A stretch of 64,000 nucleotides of DNA, taken from NCBI RefSeq assembly GCF_041859935.1, contig NZ_JBFLGE010000002.1; one strand, written 5' to 3'. The stretch is from Methanospirillum sp. (lineage in GTDB: Archaea > Halobacteriota > Methanomicrobia > Methanomicrobiales > Methanospirillaceae). Both the position numbers and the translations under genes were made by a program. Below the pieces are notes generated by a model that worked only from the letters and a program-made list of their open reading frames with translations, was not told the DNA's origin and ran no database searches. Shown here one piece after another: positions 36,705 to 47,025 of the stretch. The stretch's first letter is position 1. Every line of letters starts with the position of its first letter.

Positions 36705-36723
36705 CTCATATGTGAAATAAATA
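36705..36723 (-). promoter_or_regulatory. Promoter module: TATA TATTTATTT directly followed by palindrome-like CACATATGAG
   Basis: Seen directly on the minus strand; the ATG of the TPR gene is 11 nt after the motif (leaderless geometry). Confidence 0.5.
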
Positions 36724-36888
36724 CTTTGTTACTGATAATTCATCATATCCTTTTGATGAAAATAGGACTTAAAGGAATGAATAATGTCTGACTTCTAATT
36801 TTAACAAAAACCAGGAAATAGCACATAAAAAACAGATAGCCTGACTTTAATGATGGATCATAAAGGGATCTGCCAAAAACCTGAAGTT

Positions 36889-36922
36889 AAAAAAAGAAAA
36901 GTAATTTTTCCCGGTTACCGGG
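36889..36922 (-). terminator. mcr operon terminator: hairpin enclosing the mcrA stop codon, then a T-rich tract
   Basis: Minus strand CCCGG-TAA-CCGGG followed by AAAAATTACTTTTCTTTTTTT. Confidence 0.55.
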
Positions 36923-38618
36923 CTGGCATGAGGAGTGTTCTCTCTCCACATGCAGCGAACTCGCGGATTGCACCCTTTGCAAACTCTTTCCTTGGCTCTG
37001 CAAAGTCGAAGGGCAGGGATGGGTCTGCGAAAGTGATCTTGATCATCGGGGACAGACAGAAACCATCGTTCCTGGTGTAGTGAGATGAACCGACAATAGC
37101 GGCGTATTCTCCCTGGTGTCCCACGTTCATTGCGTAGTTCGGGTAGTTTGGACCACGGTATTCACCGATACAACCCTCGTCAGGTCTGACAGAGAGTGAG
37201 TTGGTTGAACCACACTGATCCTGCAGGTCGTATCCGAAGAATCCGAGACGTGACCAGCCTTCCTTGTGCATGAGCATTGAGAGATACCATCCGTTCAGAC
37301 CAGCATTGGAGTTGGCGGTTGCAATACCGACTGAAAGACCGGATGCTGCTGCGATAACTCCTGCACGCTGTGAACCACCAAAGTGGTCTTCCATAAGGGT
37401 TGGGAACTGCTCGTACTGCTCCATTGCATTGAGGGTGACCTCTCCGGCGATGTCGTTGACAACATCCTGGGTTGGTTTGACCTTGTCTGCCGGGTTACAT
37501 GCCTTCCAGTCAACTTTGTACTTGTCCTTGATGTAGTCCATACCGTAGTAGGTGTACTCATCAAGGATGTTGTCGGTATATGCTGCGGTTGCATACTGGG
37601 TAAATCCGACACCACCAGACATGTATGAACCAAGCCAGATCTGGTCAAAGAGCATACAACCAGCACCTACAACCTCAAGGGATGCCTTTGCCGGGTCGTT
37701 TGGATACTTACGGTTTGCCTGGATCATGTCAGAGAAGTGTCCGAACATGATACCACCAGGTTCATTCGGACCACGTGCACGACGGGCCGGGAGGTGGTTT
37801 GCCATCTGGATGACACCAGCATGCTTTGCTGCAAAGGACAGGTCTGCTACTGCTGCTTCACCGGCACACATGCGGTATGCAGTGATGAAGGACATTCCTA
37901 TCTGCATGGCTGACCACCGGGAGGTAGTTCCACCATCACAAGTACGGGAGACGATGGTTGGGATGTGGATTGCCTGCCAGAGTGACTTGCCTACAGCTGC
38001 GTTCAGCTGTTCTGCCTGCTTTGCCGGGAAGAGCTTGTTGACATCAAGGACAAACTGCTTCTCAAGCTGGTCTGCAAGTTCAGAGTCTCCGGTAAAGACC
38101 TTTACATAACAGTCATCTACAACACTTGGGTGGGTCTCAACCATGTGTTCCTGAACAACTGCACCACCTGGCATTGCGTGGTTTAAGATGTGCAGGTATT
38201 CGTTGATGGTTTCAGGGGTGATTTCCTTGCCAAGACGCTTCTGAAGAGTGCTGTGAGCTAAGTCCATGTTGACGATGATTGTACGACGGATATCATCCCA
38301 CATCTGCTGCATTGCAGGGTTGTTGACAAAGTGCAGGTCGTCACCCTCTACAAAAGTTCCGGTTCCGGAGACTTCGTAGGTCATGAGCTGACGCTGACCC
38401 ATTGGCAGACCACCAAGGTGGCAGCGGTTTGGATCGTACATGGAAATTCCACGGCGGAGCTCTACCTTCTTGGATGCCTCCATGAACTCTTTCTTTCTTG
38501 CAGACTGGTTAAGACCACCAAATTTGTAAAATTCAGTCTTGGTTTCTGCAACATCACCCTCAAATTTAGTCTTCAGTGCTTTGAGGAAAAGTTTCTGGGC
38601 TCTCTCGATTTTTGCCAT
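36915..38618 (-). CDS. mcrA: Methyl-coenzyme M reductase alpha subunit
   Basis: 567 aa; hallmark segments [40 protein letters not shown]-type, [15 protein letters not shown]. Confidence 0.98.
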   Translation of the reverse strand: MAKIERAQKLFLKALKTKFEGDVAETKTEFYKFGGLNQSARKKEFMEASKKVELRRGISMYDPNRCHLGGLPMGQRQLMTYEVSGTGTFVEGDDLHFVNNPAMQQMWDDIRRTIIVNMDLAHSTLQKRLGKEITPETINEYLHILNHAMPGGAVVQEHMVETHPSVVDDCYVKVFTGDSELADQLEKQFVLDVNKLFPAKQAEQLNAAVGKSLWQAIHIPTIVSRTCDGGTTSRWSAMQIGMSFITAYRMCAGEAAVADLSFAAKHAGVIQMANHLPARRARGPNEPGGIMFGHFSDMIQANRKYPNDPAKASLEVVGAGCMLFDQIWLGSYMSGGVGFTQYATAAYTDNILDEYTYYGMDYIKDKYKVDWKACNPADKVKPTQDVVNDIAGEVTLNAMEQYEQFPTLMEDHFGGSQRAGVIAAASGLSVGIATANSNAGLNGWYLSMLMHKEGWSRLGFFGYDLQDQCGSTNSLSVRPDEGCIGEYRGPNYPNYAMNVGHQGEYAAIVGSSHYTRNDGFCLSPMIKITFADPSLPFDFAEPRKEFAKGAIREFAACGERTLLMPAR

Positions 38619-38631
38619 TTTTGTAACCTCC

Positions 38632-39390
38632 TTACTCCACCGGCATGAATCCGTATTTTGTTCTCAGAGAGTGGATCCGCTGGATGTATTCAATGTATTC
38701 TCCGTCACTGCGGTAGGCAGTGCCAACAAGGGAGTGGAACATTGTAGTGTTTGCTTTCAGCCAGGCATCATCCATTGGTTTGCCGACATCGACTTTCTTG
38801 TCAAGTGGAGTTCCAATCTGATTCTTTACGTACTTAACTGTGCCACCTTCGAGGATACACCGCTGAAGCATGTCAAACATCATTCCATCTTCTGCAAGAC
38901 GGAGTGAGTGACCATGCACGGTTGCTCCACGGATACCGACACGTGCCGGGTCGAAGAGGTTGGTGTTGATAAGGTCTGCGGATATTTTTTCAAGGTCACG
39001 CTCACGGCATTCAACAATCTGACGGCCGGACAGAGTTCCCGGGTCAATTCCACGGTACCTGTACATTTCTGTATATGTTCTCTGGTATGGCTGGGATGGT
39101 GCGTTATATACCGAGTCTGCGAACTGGACGTACCTGACACGGTCTCCAGCTTTTGCTCCATCGGTAGGGGTGACGATCTTTCTTATTGGACAGTCCGGTT
39201 CACCCTGTTCTGCGAGTGGCGGGTGTGCAGTCGGGTATGCCTGACCTGGTGCACGGTGTCCAAGAATAAGGACAATGTCTTCATCGGTGACATTGCGAAT
39301 TTTTTCAAGCTTTACGTTTGGGTTCATCTGTTTGCGCCGGTTTTCGGCGACAGCAGACTGGCCCGGACCATATTGTGGAGTGTATGCCAT
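38632..39390 (-). CDS. mcrG: Methyl-coenzyme M reductase gamma subunit
   Basis: 252 aa; [11 protein letters not shown]-terminus and operon position. Confidence 0.96.
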   Translation of the reverse strand: MAYTPQYGPGQSAVAENRRKQMNPNVKLEKIRNVTDEDIVLILGHRAPGQAYPTAHPPLAEQGEPDCPIRKIVTPTDGAKAGDRVRYVQFADSVYNAPSQPYQRTYTEMYRYRGIDPGTLSGRQIVECRERDLEKISADLINTNLFDPARVGIRGATVHGHSLRLAEDGMMFDMLQRCILEGGTVKYVKNQIGTPLDKKVDVGKPMDDAWLKANTTMFHSLVGTAYRSDGEYIEYIQRIHSLRTKYGFMPVE

Positions 39391-39393
39391 TCT

Positions 39394-40029
39394 TTATCTC
39401 TCCAAATCTGAAGTTTTCATAAGTCTCATGACTTCGTGAATGACCTCGCTGATCTTTTCGCGAGATGGGGTCTGACCCCTGGTGATGCCACTAATAATCG
39501 CCATTACTGTCCCTTTTGTCCGGACATTCTCTTCAGTTGGCATCACAAGCGCTGTCTTTATTCCTTCTTTTGCAAAATCCTCGTAATCTACTGGAGCCTG
39601 GCAGACCACAATCGCAGGTATGTCACAGTCTTTTAAGATGGATCTGACTTTGTGAACGATATGTGATCTGACATTTCCATGATGTAGTACCGCAATTTTA
39701 TGGCGGTTAATTTGGATTATTTCCTTCTCGTTCAGGCCAAAATATGCTCCCAGCACATGACCGGCACTCTTGGGGGCATCAGGAGGAATCCCGGAGCCCG
39801 CATTGAGAATCATGGTGCTGATACTATATTCGACCCCCTGTGCCCTCAGGGCAGACGTGATATCACAGACTGGTTTTGTGACATGCCGGCGACCGGGGGA
39901 CATCCCGACTATAATGACATCAGGATATCGGCATTCGGAGATAGTCCCCCTTTGGGCAAGGGCCCCTCCTTTTCCCATACCCGCACTTTCGCGGCAGTCT
40001 ACTATCTGTGTTACCCGTCCGATTGGCAT
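39394..40029 (-). CDS. mcrC: Methyl-coenzyme M reductase operon protein C
   Basis: 211 aa; position between mcrD and mcrG; McrC-like sequence. Confidence 0.9.
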   Translation of the reverse strand: MPIGRVTQIVDCRESAGMGKGGALAQRGTISECRYPDVIIVGMSPGRRHVTKPVCDITSALRAQGVEYSISTMILNAGSGIPPDAPKSAGHVLGAYFGLNEKEIIQINRHKIAVLHHGNVRSHIVHKVRSILKDCDIPAIVVCQAPVDYEDFAKEGIKTALVMPTEENVRTKGTVMAIISGITRGQTPSREKISEVIHEVMRLMKTSDLER

Positions 40030-40499
40030 TATTTATGTCCCTGGATGAGTGTCGGTCCGGTTTTATTCTTGGGATCAACCAGACCCAGCATGATTTCGTT
40101 TGCATTCGGGCCGTACTTTGCATAATCAACCTGTGTTGGTGTTGCTCTCATAAACTTTCCTTCCTTTACGGAATATGAAAAGTTCGTGAAAATTTCTTTA
40201 CAGGCTTCTTCGATCTGCTGTACAATATCCCGTGTTTCCAGTTCAAGAAGGATTGTTCCTACCTGCACCCTGAGCTCCACATCAGTTTCCCCTACCTGAA
40301 TAATTGCTCTCCCTGTATGGGGGTTGGGCAGGCCCCGGGCAGGGCCATAGGGGACGGTCTGGGGTATACTCGGGCCATTTATGACGATTCTTCGGACACC
40401 GGGTATGACCGCCAGTTTATTGAGGATTTTCTCAACAGTTTCTGGTTTTAAGAGACGCTCGGTGACGATCCTGCATTGCGGAAATTCAGCTTCAGTCAT
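40029..40499 (-). CDS. mcrD: Methyl-coenzyme M reductase operon protein D
   Basis: 156 aa; position after mcrB; McrD-like sequence. Confidence 0.9.
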   Translation of the reverse strand: MTEAEFPQCRIVTERLLKPETVEKILNKLAVIPGVRRIVINGPSIPQTVPYGPARGLPNPHTGRAIIQVGETDVELRVQVGTILLELETRDIVQQIEEACKEIFTNFSYSVKEGKFMRATPTQVDYAKYGPNANEIMLGLVDPKNKTGPTLIQGHK

Positions 40500-40516
40500 T
40501 GCGTGAAACCTTTGGA

Positions 40517-41824
40517 CTATACTCCCTGTGCGATGTGCTGGATCGGCTGGGCGAACTCTGGGATCTTACCAAAGGTGTCTTGGTAAACCTTGGATGTATT
40601 CTCTGGTGAGAACATCTGGGTTCCTGCGTCAAGAGCACAGGCTGCTACTATACAGGGCAGTCCAACACCGGCTGCGTGACGGGTAACGACGTGGTTACCG
40701 TTGAACACACCGGGACCTCCGCCACCGTAGATAGAGTGGCTGAAGAATGAGAATCCGACTGCGACACCCATTACACGACCATAGTCACAACCTGGAAGAC
40801 CTGTCTCGTGCTCAAGAAGGTCGTTGAAGTAGAGCAGGGTTGAGGATACTGCCTGTGCAAACCGGCCTGCACCACAGTTTACCATGGTTGCTGCCAATGT
40901 TCCGGCTGCTGTGTAAGCATTCCAGAGCATTGGGTCCTTGGTCTCGTAGAAGGTGTATCCGGATGGTCCCTTCTTGCCTGCGGTGATGATCTTGTCCTCA
41001 ATTGCTTTCTCGACAAGGGACTGGACGACGGTTCCTACAGTTCCGGTTGTACCGTTCTTTTTAACAAGGTCGTATACAAGGTTATTTGCATTCAGACCCT
41101 GGTAGGCGTAAAGGAGCAGCTGTGCACGCTCGAATGGTCCGATTGCCATTCCCATTTCAAACTCTCCAGCCTGTTCAAAGGTTGCGGAGAGTGCAGCACC
41201 TTGCATTGCATTCCTGTTGGTGATCATCACAGCATGGTTTGCAGGAATGTTACGAAGTGCATATCCAAGACCTTCGTTGTTCTGTGGAATGGAAAGGATA
41301 GATGCACATGCAGAACCTCCCATGTCCATGGTCTGTGGGTAAGTACCCCAGAATGCTGCCTTTACAGTTGAACCGTCAAACATGCCGACGTTGAACTGGT
41401 CGATGACAGAGTAGGTTGCTGCTGCAGCAACTGATGTAAGTGCTGCATCGTAGGTTGCTGCTGCCTCTATACGTGCAGTTGGCACGGTACAAAGCAGAAG
41501 CTTGCCGCCACCGAATTCCTTGATTTCGGTGTCGTCACCTTCGGTAACCTGGAGCATCTTGAACATCTTTTCCTTGATTGCACCTGCGTTTCCAACAAGG
41601 TCAAGGTTAAGTTCACGTCCTGGGATCTGGTTCTTTCCAGCCTTACCTGTCTTGAGGAATTCCTGTGCTCCTCCAAGGTTGACTGCTACGGTTCTCTTTG
41701 TAAGCCCGATCATCTTCTTGATGCCGGGGTTAGTAAGCGGGCTGATTTTTTCTAAGGCAACACCACTTTTCAGCAGCTTGCCCTGGTCGTCATAGAGATC
41801 AATTGTGTCGGAAAATTTTGCCAT
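40517..41824 (-). CDS. mcrB: Methyl-coenzyme M reductase beta subunit
   Basis: 435 aa; MAKFSDTIDLYDD N-terminus typical of McrB; GGAGG RBS upstream. Confidence 0.97.
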   Translation of the reverse strand: MAKFSDTIDLYDDQGKLLKSGVALEKISPLTNPGIKKMIGLTKRTVAVNLGGAQEFLKTGKAGKNQIPGRELNLDLVGNAGAIKEKMFKMLQVTEGDDTEIKEFGGGKLLLCTVPTARIEAAATYDAALTSVAAAATYSVIDQFNVGMFDGSTVKAAFWGTYPQTMDMGGSACASILSIPQNNEGLGYALRNIPANHAVMITNRNAMQGAALSATFEQAGEFEMGMAIGPFERAQLLLYAYQGLNANNLVYDLVKKNGTTGTVGTVVQSLVEKAIEDKIITAGKKGPSGYTFYETKDPMLWNAYTAAGTLAATMVNCGAGRFAQAVSSTLLYFNDLLEHETGLPGCDYGRVMGVAVGFSFFSHSIYGGGGPGVFNGNHVVTRHAAGVGLPCIVAACALDAGTQMFSPENTSKVYQDTFGKIPEFAQPIQHIAQGV

Positions 41825-42517
41825 ATGGTTCCTCCGATGTTCCTTAAAACCTGTACGATTTTGTCACTGTATACTGGTAATAAAATCACTGAAAGACTGT
41901 TGTCACTCGTACACGTCCCCTATACGGGACTGATGATATGTCTGAAGATGGAAATAAAAAGGTAACGATTTGATTCTCAGGGAATCTTTATATCCTATGT
42001 TGGATTTTCCTTAATTAATTGAATAATTTTTATAAGCAGATCAGTTTTTATGATGATCAATATTACAAAACAATCTTTTTACAACGATCTAATTGTACTT
42101 AATAAATTATTTGTAACATTGATTTGGGCGCTTTGGATTATAGTGTGATTTGAAGGGATTATTGTATTGATTAAATGCAGTTTAATTTTGGAATACACAT
42201 ATAAATAGTGTCATCTCAACACGCTCTCCATCATTGATATAGTTCCCTCAATTAAATCTCTCACTTATTTGTCTCAATCGAAAGAACTATCTTTTAATAA
42301 AAAAATTCTACTGCTTGGGGTAATTGGGAATATCTCTCTCAAAATTAACGTTCTGATTGTTATAAAAACGTTCCTCATTTTGATGATATGCTGCCGCGTT
42401 TAATCGAAATACCATCGATACATCTGATGTTCAGGACTGGGATGAGTTCACAAGCACAATTCTGAATGAAGTTTCATTATAAGCTAGAATATATGGTTAT
42501 AAGGAATTCAGATAATA
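41825..42517. promoter_or_regulatory. 693-bp AT-rich divergent intergenic region (mcr promoter/5'UTR and glycan-cluster promoter)
   Basis: No ORF of 60 aa or more in any frame. Several TATA-like boxes on both strands, e.g. minus-strand GGATATAAAGA and CCTTTTTATTTCC about 120-170 nt upstream of the mcrB ATG. Confidence 0.5.
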
Positions 42518-43114
42518 ATGACGCAATATGGAAAAAATGTTATCGGGAAGGGTACCCGCATTTTTGATCCAGTAATACTTGGTTTTCCTCCACGGTATCA
42601 TTTGAACAAAGAATATTATGATGGTTGTTCAGTTGGCAGTAATGGAGTACTCAGACCTGGGACAACAATCTATGCTGATGTAAAGATTGGAGATTTTTTC
42701 TCATCAGGGCATAATGTGATGATCAGGGAAAAAACCACAATAGGAGATCATGTATCTCTTGGTACGAATGTGATCATTGAAGGGAACAGTACTCTTGGTG
42801 ATCATGTAAATCTTCAGAGCCTGGTATATATTCCGACAAACACAGTTTTGGGTTCTCATGTATTTATCGGTCCGAATTCTGTACTGACAAATGACAAATA
42901 TCCACCAAACGGGGGTGCAGATCTGCATGGGCCAATTCTCGAAGATTACGTCTCTATTGGGGCAAATGCCACGATTCTGCCAGGTGTTATCATTGGAATC
43001 GGCTCCCTTGTGGCAGCTGGTTCTGTGGTTACGAAAGATGTTCCTCCTGGGACTCTTGCCATTGGATCTCCGGCACGAATGAAGACACTTCCCGTGGGAG
43101 CGAAACGAAAATGA
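42518..43114 (+). CDS. Hexapeptide-repeat (left-handed beta-helix) N-acetyltransferase, WbpD-like
   Basis: 198 aa; repeated [LIV]G-x4 hexapeptides; NDKYPP motif; gene context. Confidence 0.8.
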   Translation: MTQYGKNVIGKGTRIFDPVILGFPPRYHLNKEYYDGCSVGSNGVLRPGTTIYADVKIGDFFSSGHNVMIREKTTIGDHVSLGTNVIIEGNSTLGDHVNLQSLVYIPTNTVLGSHVFIGPNSVLTNDKYPPNGGADLHGPILEDYVSIGANATILPGVIIGIGSLVAAGSVVTKDVPPGTLAIGSPARMKTLPVGAKRK

Positions 43115-44187
43115 TACCAGTTGCACATCCTGTTTTTGGCGATCAGGAAATTGAAGCTGTCTCCAGAATCATGCGATCAGGTATGATAGCCAGCGGGGAA
43201 GAAGTCTCTTTGTTTGAAAAGGAATTTGCAGATTATTGTGGCACAAAAGAGGCAATAGCGACAAACAACGGAACAACTGCCCTTCATGCCGGACTGATGG
43301 CATGCGGGATTCTCCCCGGTGATGAAGTAATCGTACCTTCGTTTACCTTTTTTGCCACTGCTTCCTCGGTCAGCATGTGCGGTGCAAAACCTGTGATGGT
43401 TGATGTATGTGAAGGTTCTTTTGGTATATCTCCGAGTGCCATTCTTGAATCAATAACTCCCAGAACGAAAGCAGTAATCGGTGTTCATCTCTTTGGTCAA
43501 CCCTGTGATATCTCTGCAATTATGGAGATATGTGAAGATCACCATCTGATGTTTATTGAGGATTGTGCCCAGGCACATGGTGCACTCTATAATGGAAAAA
43601 AGGTGGGATCATTTGGATCAATTGGATGTTTTTCTTTTTACCCAACGAAAAACATGACAACCGGAGAAGGAGGAATGATAACAACCAATGATCCGGGTAT
43701 TGCTGATCATGCCCGAAGGCTTATCAACCATGGTCAGGGAAAAAAATATCTCCATACAGAAATCGGGTTTAACTATCGACTTACTAATATTGGAGCGGCA
43801 ATAGGTAGAGTACAGCTCCGGAAAATCGATGCGATGAATGAAGCACGTAATAAAAATGCGATGTATTTTTCTGAGCATATACGAAACACGAAAATTTCAC
43901 TTCCTGTAACTCCCGATGGGTGTAGTCATGTTTATCATCAGTATGTCATACGAGTAAAAGATGGGAAACGGGATCAATTGACAACCTGGCTTTCAGAACA
44001 GGGTATCGGAACTGCGATTCATTACCCTATTCCGGTAAATGAACAACCGGTTTATTCAACCGTTCCAAACCCTCCCTGTCCAGTATCTGCAAGACTTGCC
44101 CAGGAAGTGCTGAGTCTGCCAGTCTATCCGGGTTTGACAGATAAGGAATTGGAGTATATTTGTAATACTCTGAATAGGTGGTCCTGA
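43111..44187 (+). CDS. DegT/DnrJ/EryC1/StrS-family PLP aminotransferase, WbpE-like
   Basis: 358 aa; [14 protein letters not shown] lysine context typical of the family. Confidence 0.88.
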   Translation: MIPVAHPVFGDQEIEAVSRIMRSGMIASGEEVSLFEKEFADYCGTKEAIATNNGTTALHAGLMACGILPGDEVIVPSFTFFATASSVSMCGAKPVMVDVCEGSFGISPSAILESITPRTKAVIGVHLFGQPCDISAIMEICEDHHLMFIEDCAQAHGALYNGKKVGSFGSIGCFSFYPTKNMTTGEGGMITTNDPGIADHARRLINHGQGKKYLHTEIGFNYRLTNIGAAIGRVQLRKIDAMNEARNKNAMYFSEHIRNTKISLPVTPDGCSHVYHQYVIRVKDGKRDQLTTWLSEQGIGTAIHYPIPVNEQPVYSTVPNPPCPVSARLAQEVLSLPVYPGLTDKELEYICNTLNRWS

Positions 44188-45092
44188 TGGATGTTGGCGT
44201 AATCGGGACCGGAATGATGGGACAGAACCACGTCCGTGTTTATTCTGAGCTGAAAGAAGTCGATTCTGTTGTAATATATGATGTGAATGCAGATCAGGCC
44301 AAAAAAGTTGCCTCAAATAATAATGCAGAAGTTGCAGATTCTTATGAATCCCTCTTTCACAGTGTTGATGCTGTAAGTCTTTGTGTCCCGACACCATTCC
44401 ATTACGAGGTTGCTCTGAAAATCATTCATGCAGGCATGCATATGCTTATTGAAAAGCCAATCTGCCTTTCTTCAATAGAAGGTAAAAAACTGGCAGAGCA
44501 GATACCTGAAGATCTCATTGTAGGAGTAGGTCATATTGAGCGTTTCAACCCAATAGTTTCAGAAATATCGCAAATGATCTCAAACCCTTTGTATATTGAA
44601 TTTAAACGTCATAACCCGACGTCTTCAAGGGTCACAGGAAGTTCTGTTGTAGAGGATTTGATGATTCATGATATCGATATCATGCTTCATTCACTTGGTT
44701 GTTCTGGAGCGTCTGTTCAGGCAAAGGGAAATGATGATGTTGCAGCAGCATTGTTTACCAAAGGATATTCATTGATTTATTTATCTGCAAGCAGAAAAGC
44801 TTCTAAAAAAATCCGGATGATTCACATAGAACAGGAAGACATGACGATCCAGGGAGATTTCATGACCCAGGAGATTTATGTCTATCGAAAACCCGGTCAG
44901 TATAAAGTTGAACGAGATCGATATGTCCAGGAGAATATTGTTGAAAAAGTACTTGTTGCTAAACAGGAACCACTTCGTACTGAGCTCTCTTCATTTCTGA
45001 ATTCAGTAAAAACGAATAAACCCTTTCCAATCACTCCCTTGGAAGCAATACAAAACCTTGAGTTATGTGAGCAGATTAAAGGATTGTTTTAG
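44187..45092 (+). CDS. Gfo/Idh/MocA-family NAD oxidoreductase, WbpB-like
   Basis: [15 protein letters not shown] Rossmann N-terminus and EKP motif. ATG 44187 overlaps the previous TGA; the ORF track starts at GTG 44178. Confidence 0.85.
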   Translation: MDVGVIGTGMMGQNHVRVYSELKEVDSVVIYDVNADQAKKVASNNNAEVADSYESLFHSVDAVSLCVPTPFHYEVALKIIHAGMHMLIEKPICLSSIEGKKLAEQIPEDLIVGVGHIERFNPIVSEISQMISNPLYIEFKRHNPTSSRVTGSSVVEDLMIHDIDIMLHSLGCSGASVQAKGNDDVAAALFTKGYSLIYLSASRKASKKIRMIHIEQEDMTIQGDFMTQEIYVYRKPGQYKVERDRYVQENIVEKVLVAKQEPLRTELSSFLNSVKTNKPFPITPLEAIQNLELCEQIKGLF

Positions 45093-45094
45093 TA

Positions 45095-46531
45095 ATGAAT
45101 AAAATATTAACGGATTACTTCGAGAAGAGAGGTCCGATTAAAACAATTGGAGTTATTGGGATGGGATATGTTGGTATCCCGGCAGCGGCTTTATTTGCGA
45201 AATCTTTTGACAGAGTATATGGATTTCAACGGAATTCTCCGAGTTCCGGATACAAAATCTCATTATTGAATTCTGGTAATAATCCGTTAAAAGGTGAAGA
45301 ACCTGGTCTGGATGAACTAATAAAGGATATAGTTCTTAAAAAAAAGTTTGAATGTACTTCTGATTTTTCAAAGATATCCTCTTGTGATGCAGTTACTATT
45401 GCAATTCAGACACCCTTTTTAGATCCAAAAGATTTGATTCCTGACTTTTCAGCTCTTGAGGAAGGTATCAGACAGGCAGGAAAATATCTTAAAAAAGGGA
45501 CATTGGTTGTTCTGGAATCAACAATAACACCCGGGACAACAGAAACATGGGCAAAAAAAATTTTAGAAGAAGAATCTGGTTTTATAGCGGGTCAGGATTT
45601 TGGACTTGCACATGCTCCTGAAAGAGTGATGGTCGGAAGACTTCTGCAGAATATTCAGGAACATGATCGCGTTGTTGGTGGCATTGATGATGCAAGTACT
45701 AAACGAGCGATGGAATTGTATGGCCCAGTTCTGACGAAAGGAAAACTTATTCCTATGACTGCAACTGCTGCAGAAGTTACGAAAACTGCGGAAAATACAT
45801 TCAGGGATTTGCAGATTGCTGCAGCAAACCAGCTTGCTCTTTATTGCGAGGCCATGGGTATCAACTTTTATGATGTGAGAACGGGGATCGATTCCCTTAA
45901 GGGTGATGGGATTAGCCGTGCTATTCTATGGCCTGGAGCCGGTGTTGGAGGACATTGTCTAACCAAGGATACCTATCACCTGGAAAGGGGGATAGATGTG
46001 GCGGGTATTTCTTTTCTTGATTTCCCGGAAGATCATGAGTCTTTATTCACCCTTGCAAGGCATGTGAATGATTTTATGCCCAGCCATATGTTTCATCTGG
46101 TCAGACAGGGTCTTTCTTGTGTTGGGAAGGCTGTATCCGGGTCCAGGATTGCTATACTGGGTTTTTCATTTCTTCCGAATACTGATGATGCACGAAACAC
46201 TCCAACAGAACAGTTCAATAATATCTGTTTGAAACATGGAGCAGTGACACAAATTCATGATCCATGGGTTCGCGAATATCCTGGGATCAGTTTGTCATCT
46301 GACATTGAACCGGTGCTGAAGGATGCAGATGTCCTTGTATTTATGACTGCTCACCAGATGTATTATTCATTGGATTATGAATGGGTAAAGAGAATAATGC
46401 GACCATATCCTGTTTTAGTGGACGGAAGAAATATTGTTGATCCTGATATTATCATCCAGGCAGGATTTGTTTATGAAGGGATAGGGCGAGGGGATAAAAA
46501 CATTGGTAGTGGCCTTTACAAAAGCTGGTAA
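45095..46531 (+). CDS. UDP-N-acetyl-hexosamine 6-dehydrogenase (WbpA/WecC family); last 9 codons supplied by an inserted IS element
   Basis: 478 aa; GMGYVGIPAAALFA Rossmann motif; GGHCLTKD catalytic Cys. The reading frame crosses the IS boundary at 46505. Confidence 0.85.
   Translation: MNKILTDYFEKRGPIKTIGVIGMGYVGIPAAALFAKSFDRVYGFQRNSPSSGYKISLLNSGNNPLKGEEPGLDELIKDIVLKKKFECTSDFSKISSCDAVTIAIQTPFLDPKDLIPDFSALEEGIRQAGKYLKKGTLVVLESTITPGTTETWAKKILEEESGFIAGQDFGLAHAPERVMVGRLLQNIQEHDRVVGGIDDASTKRAMELYGPVLTKGKLIPMTATAAEVTKTAENTFRDLQIAAANQLALYCEAMGINFYDVRTGIDSLKGDGISRAILWPGAGVGGHCLTKDTYHLERGIDVAGISFLDFPEDHESLFTLARHVNDFMPSHMFHLVRQGLSCVGKAVSGSRIAILGFSFLPNTDDARNTPTEQFNNICLKHGAVTQIHDPWVREYPGISLSSDIEPVLKDADVLVFMTAHQMYYSLDYEWVKRIMRPYPVLVDGRNIVDPDIIIQAGFVYEGIGRGDKNIGSGLYKSW
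46497..46504. repeat. Target-site duplication AAAACATT (left copy)
   Basis: Identical 8-mer at 47602-47609, immediately flanking the inverted-repeat ends. Confidence 0.7.
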
Positions 46532-46602
46532 TACGTAATTAAAAAATTGTATTAATTATTATGTACTAAATCTTGATATATTATTAGTTATAAAATTTAA
46601 TA

Positions 46603-47025
46603 ATGGTCGGTAAACGTGGTCCAATTCTGATAACCTGTCAAAATCCAGATTGCGCCTATTTTCTTATTGAAGAAGGAAAAAATATTACAAAAAATGGCCA
46701 CAACCCTGCTGGCAATCAACAATATTTTTGTCATCATTGCCGCCGGTACTTTATTGAAACTAAAAATACTCCCTTATATCACTCACGTCTCCCTCGCTCA
46801 GAAGTGTTATTAATCGCGAAACACAGTATGGAGAAAACTTCCATTCGCGGAGTTTCTCGAGTTTTAAATCATCACCGGGATACGATATCAAAGTACTATC
46901 ATCTCATTGGAAAACATGCAGAAATTCTAAATGATCATTATATCAACGGTATTTCACCTGGGGATTGTGAGTTTGATGAAATATGGTCGTTTATCCAAAA
47001 AAAACAAAAACCTCCTTCCTCATGA
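46603..47025 (+). CDS. insA: IS1 transposase N-terminal part (InsA-like Zn finger + HTH)
   Basis: 140 aa; CxxxxC..CxxC (CQNPDC..CHHC), KNG..G.Q.Y.C pattern; ends shortly after the DEIWSF motif. Confidence 0.8.
   Translation: MVGKRGPILITCQNPDCAYFLIEEGKNITKNGHNPAGNQQYFCHHCRRYFIETKNTPLYHSRLPRSEVLLIAKHSMEKTSIRGVSRVLNHHRDTISKYYHLIGKHAEILNDHYINGISPGDCEFDEIWSFIQKKQKPPSS

Noticed and set aside
46931-47025. Classical IS1-style programmed -1 ribosomal frameshift joining InsA and InsB
   Set aside because: The coordinates show the InsB-like frame is +1 relative to InsA (offset 328 nt = 3n+1), so a -1 slip cannot join them. See the separate finding for alternatives.
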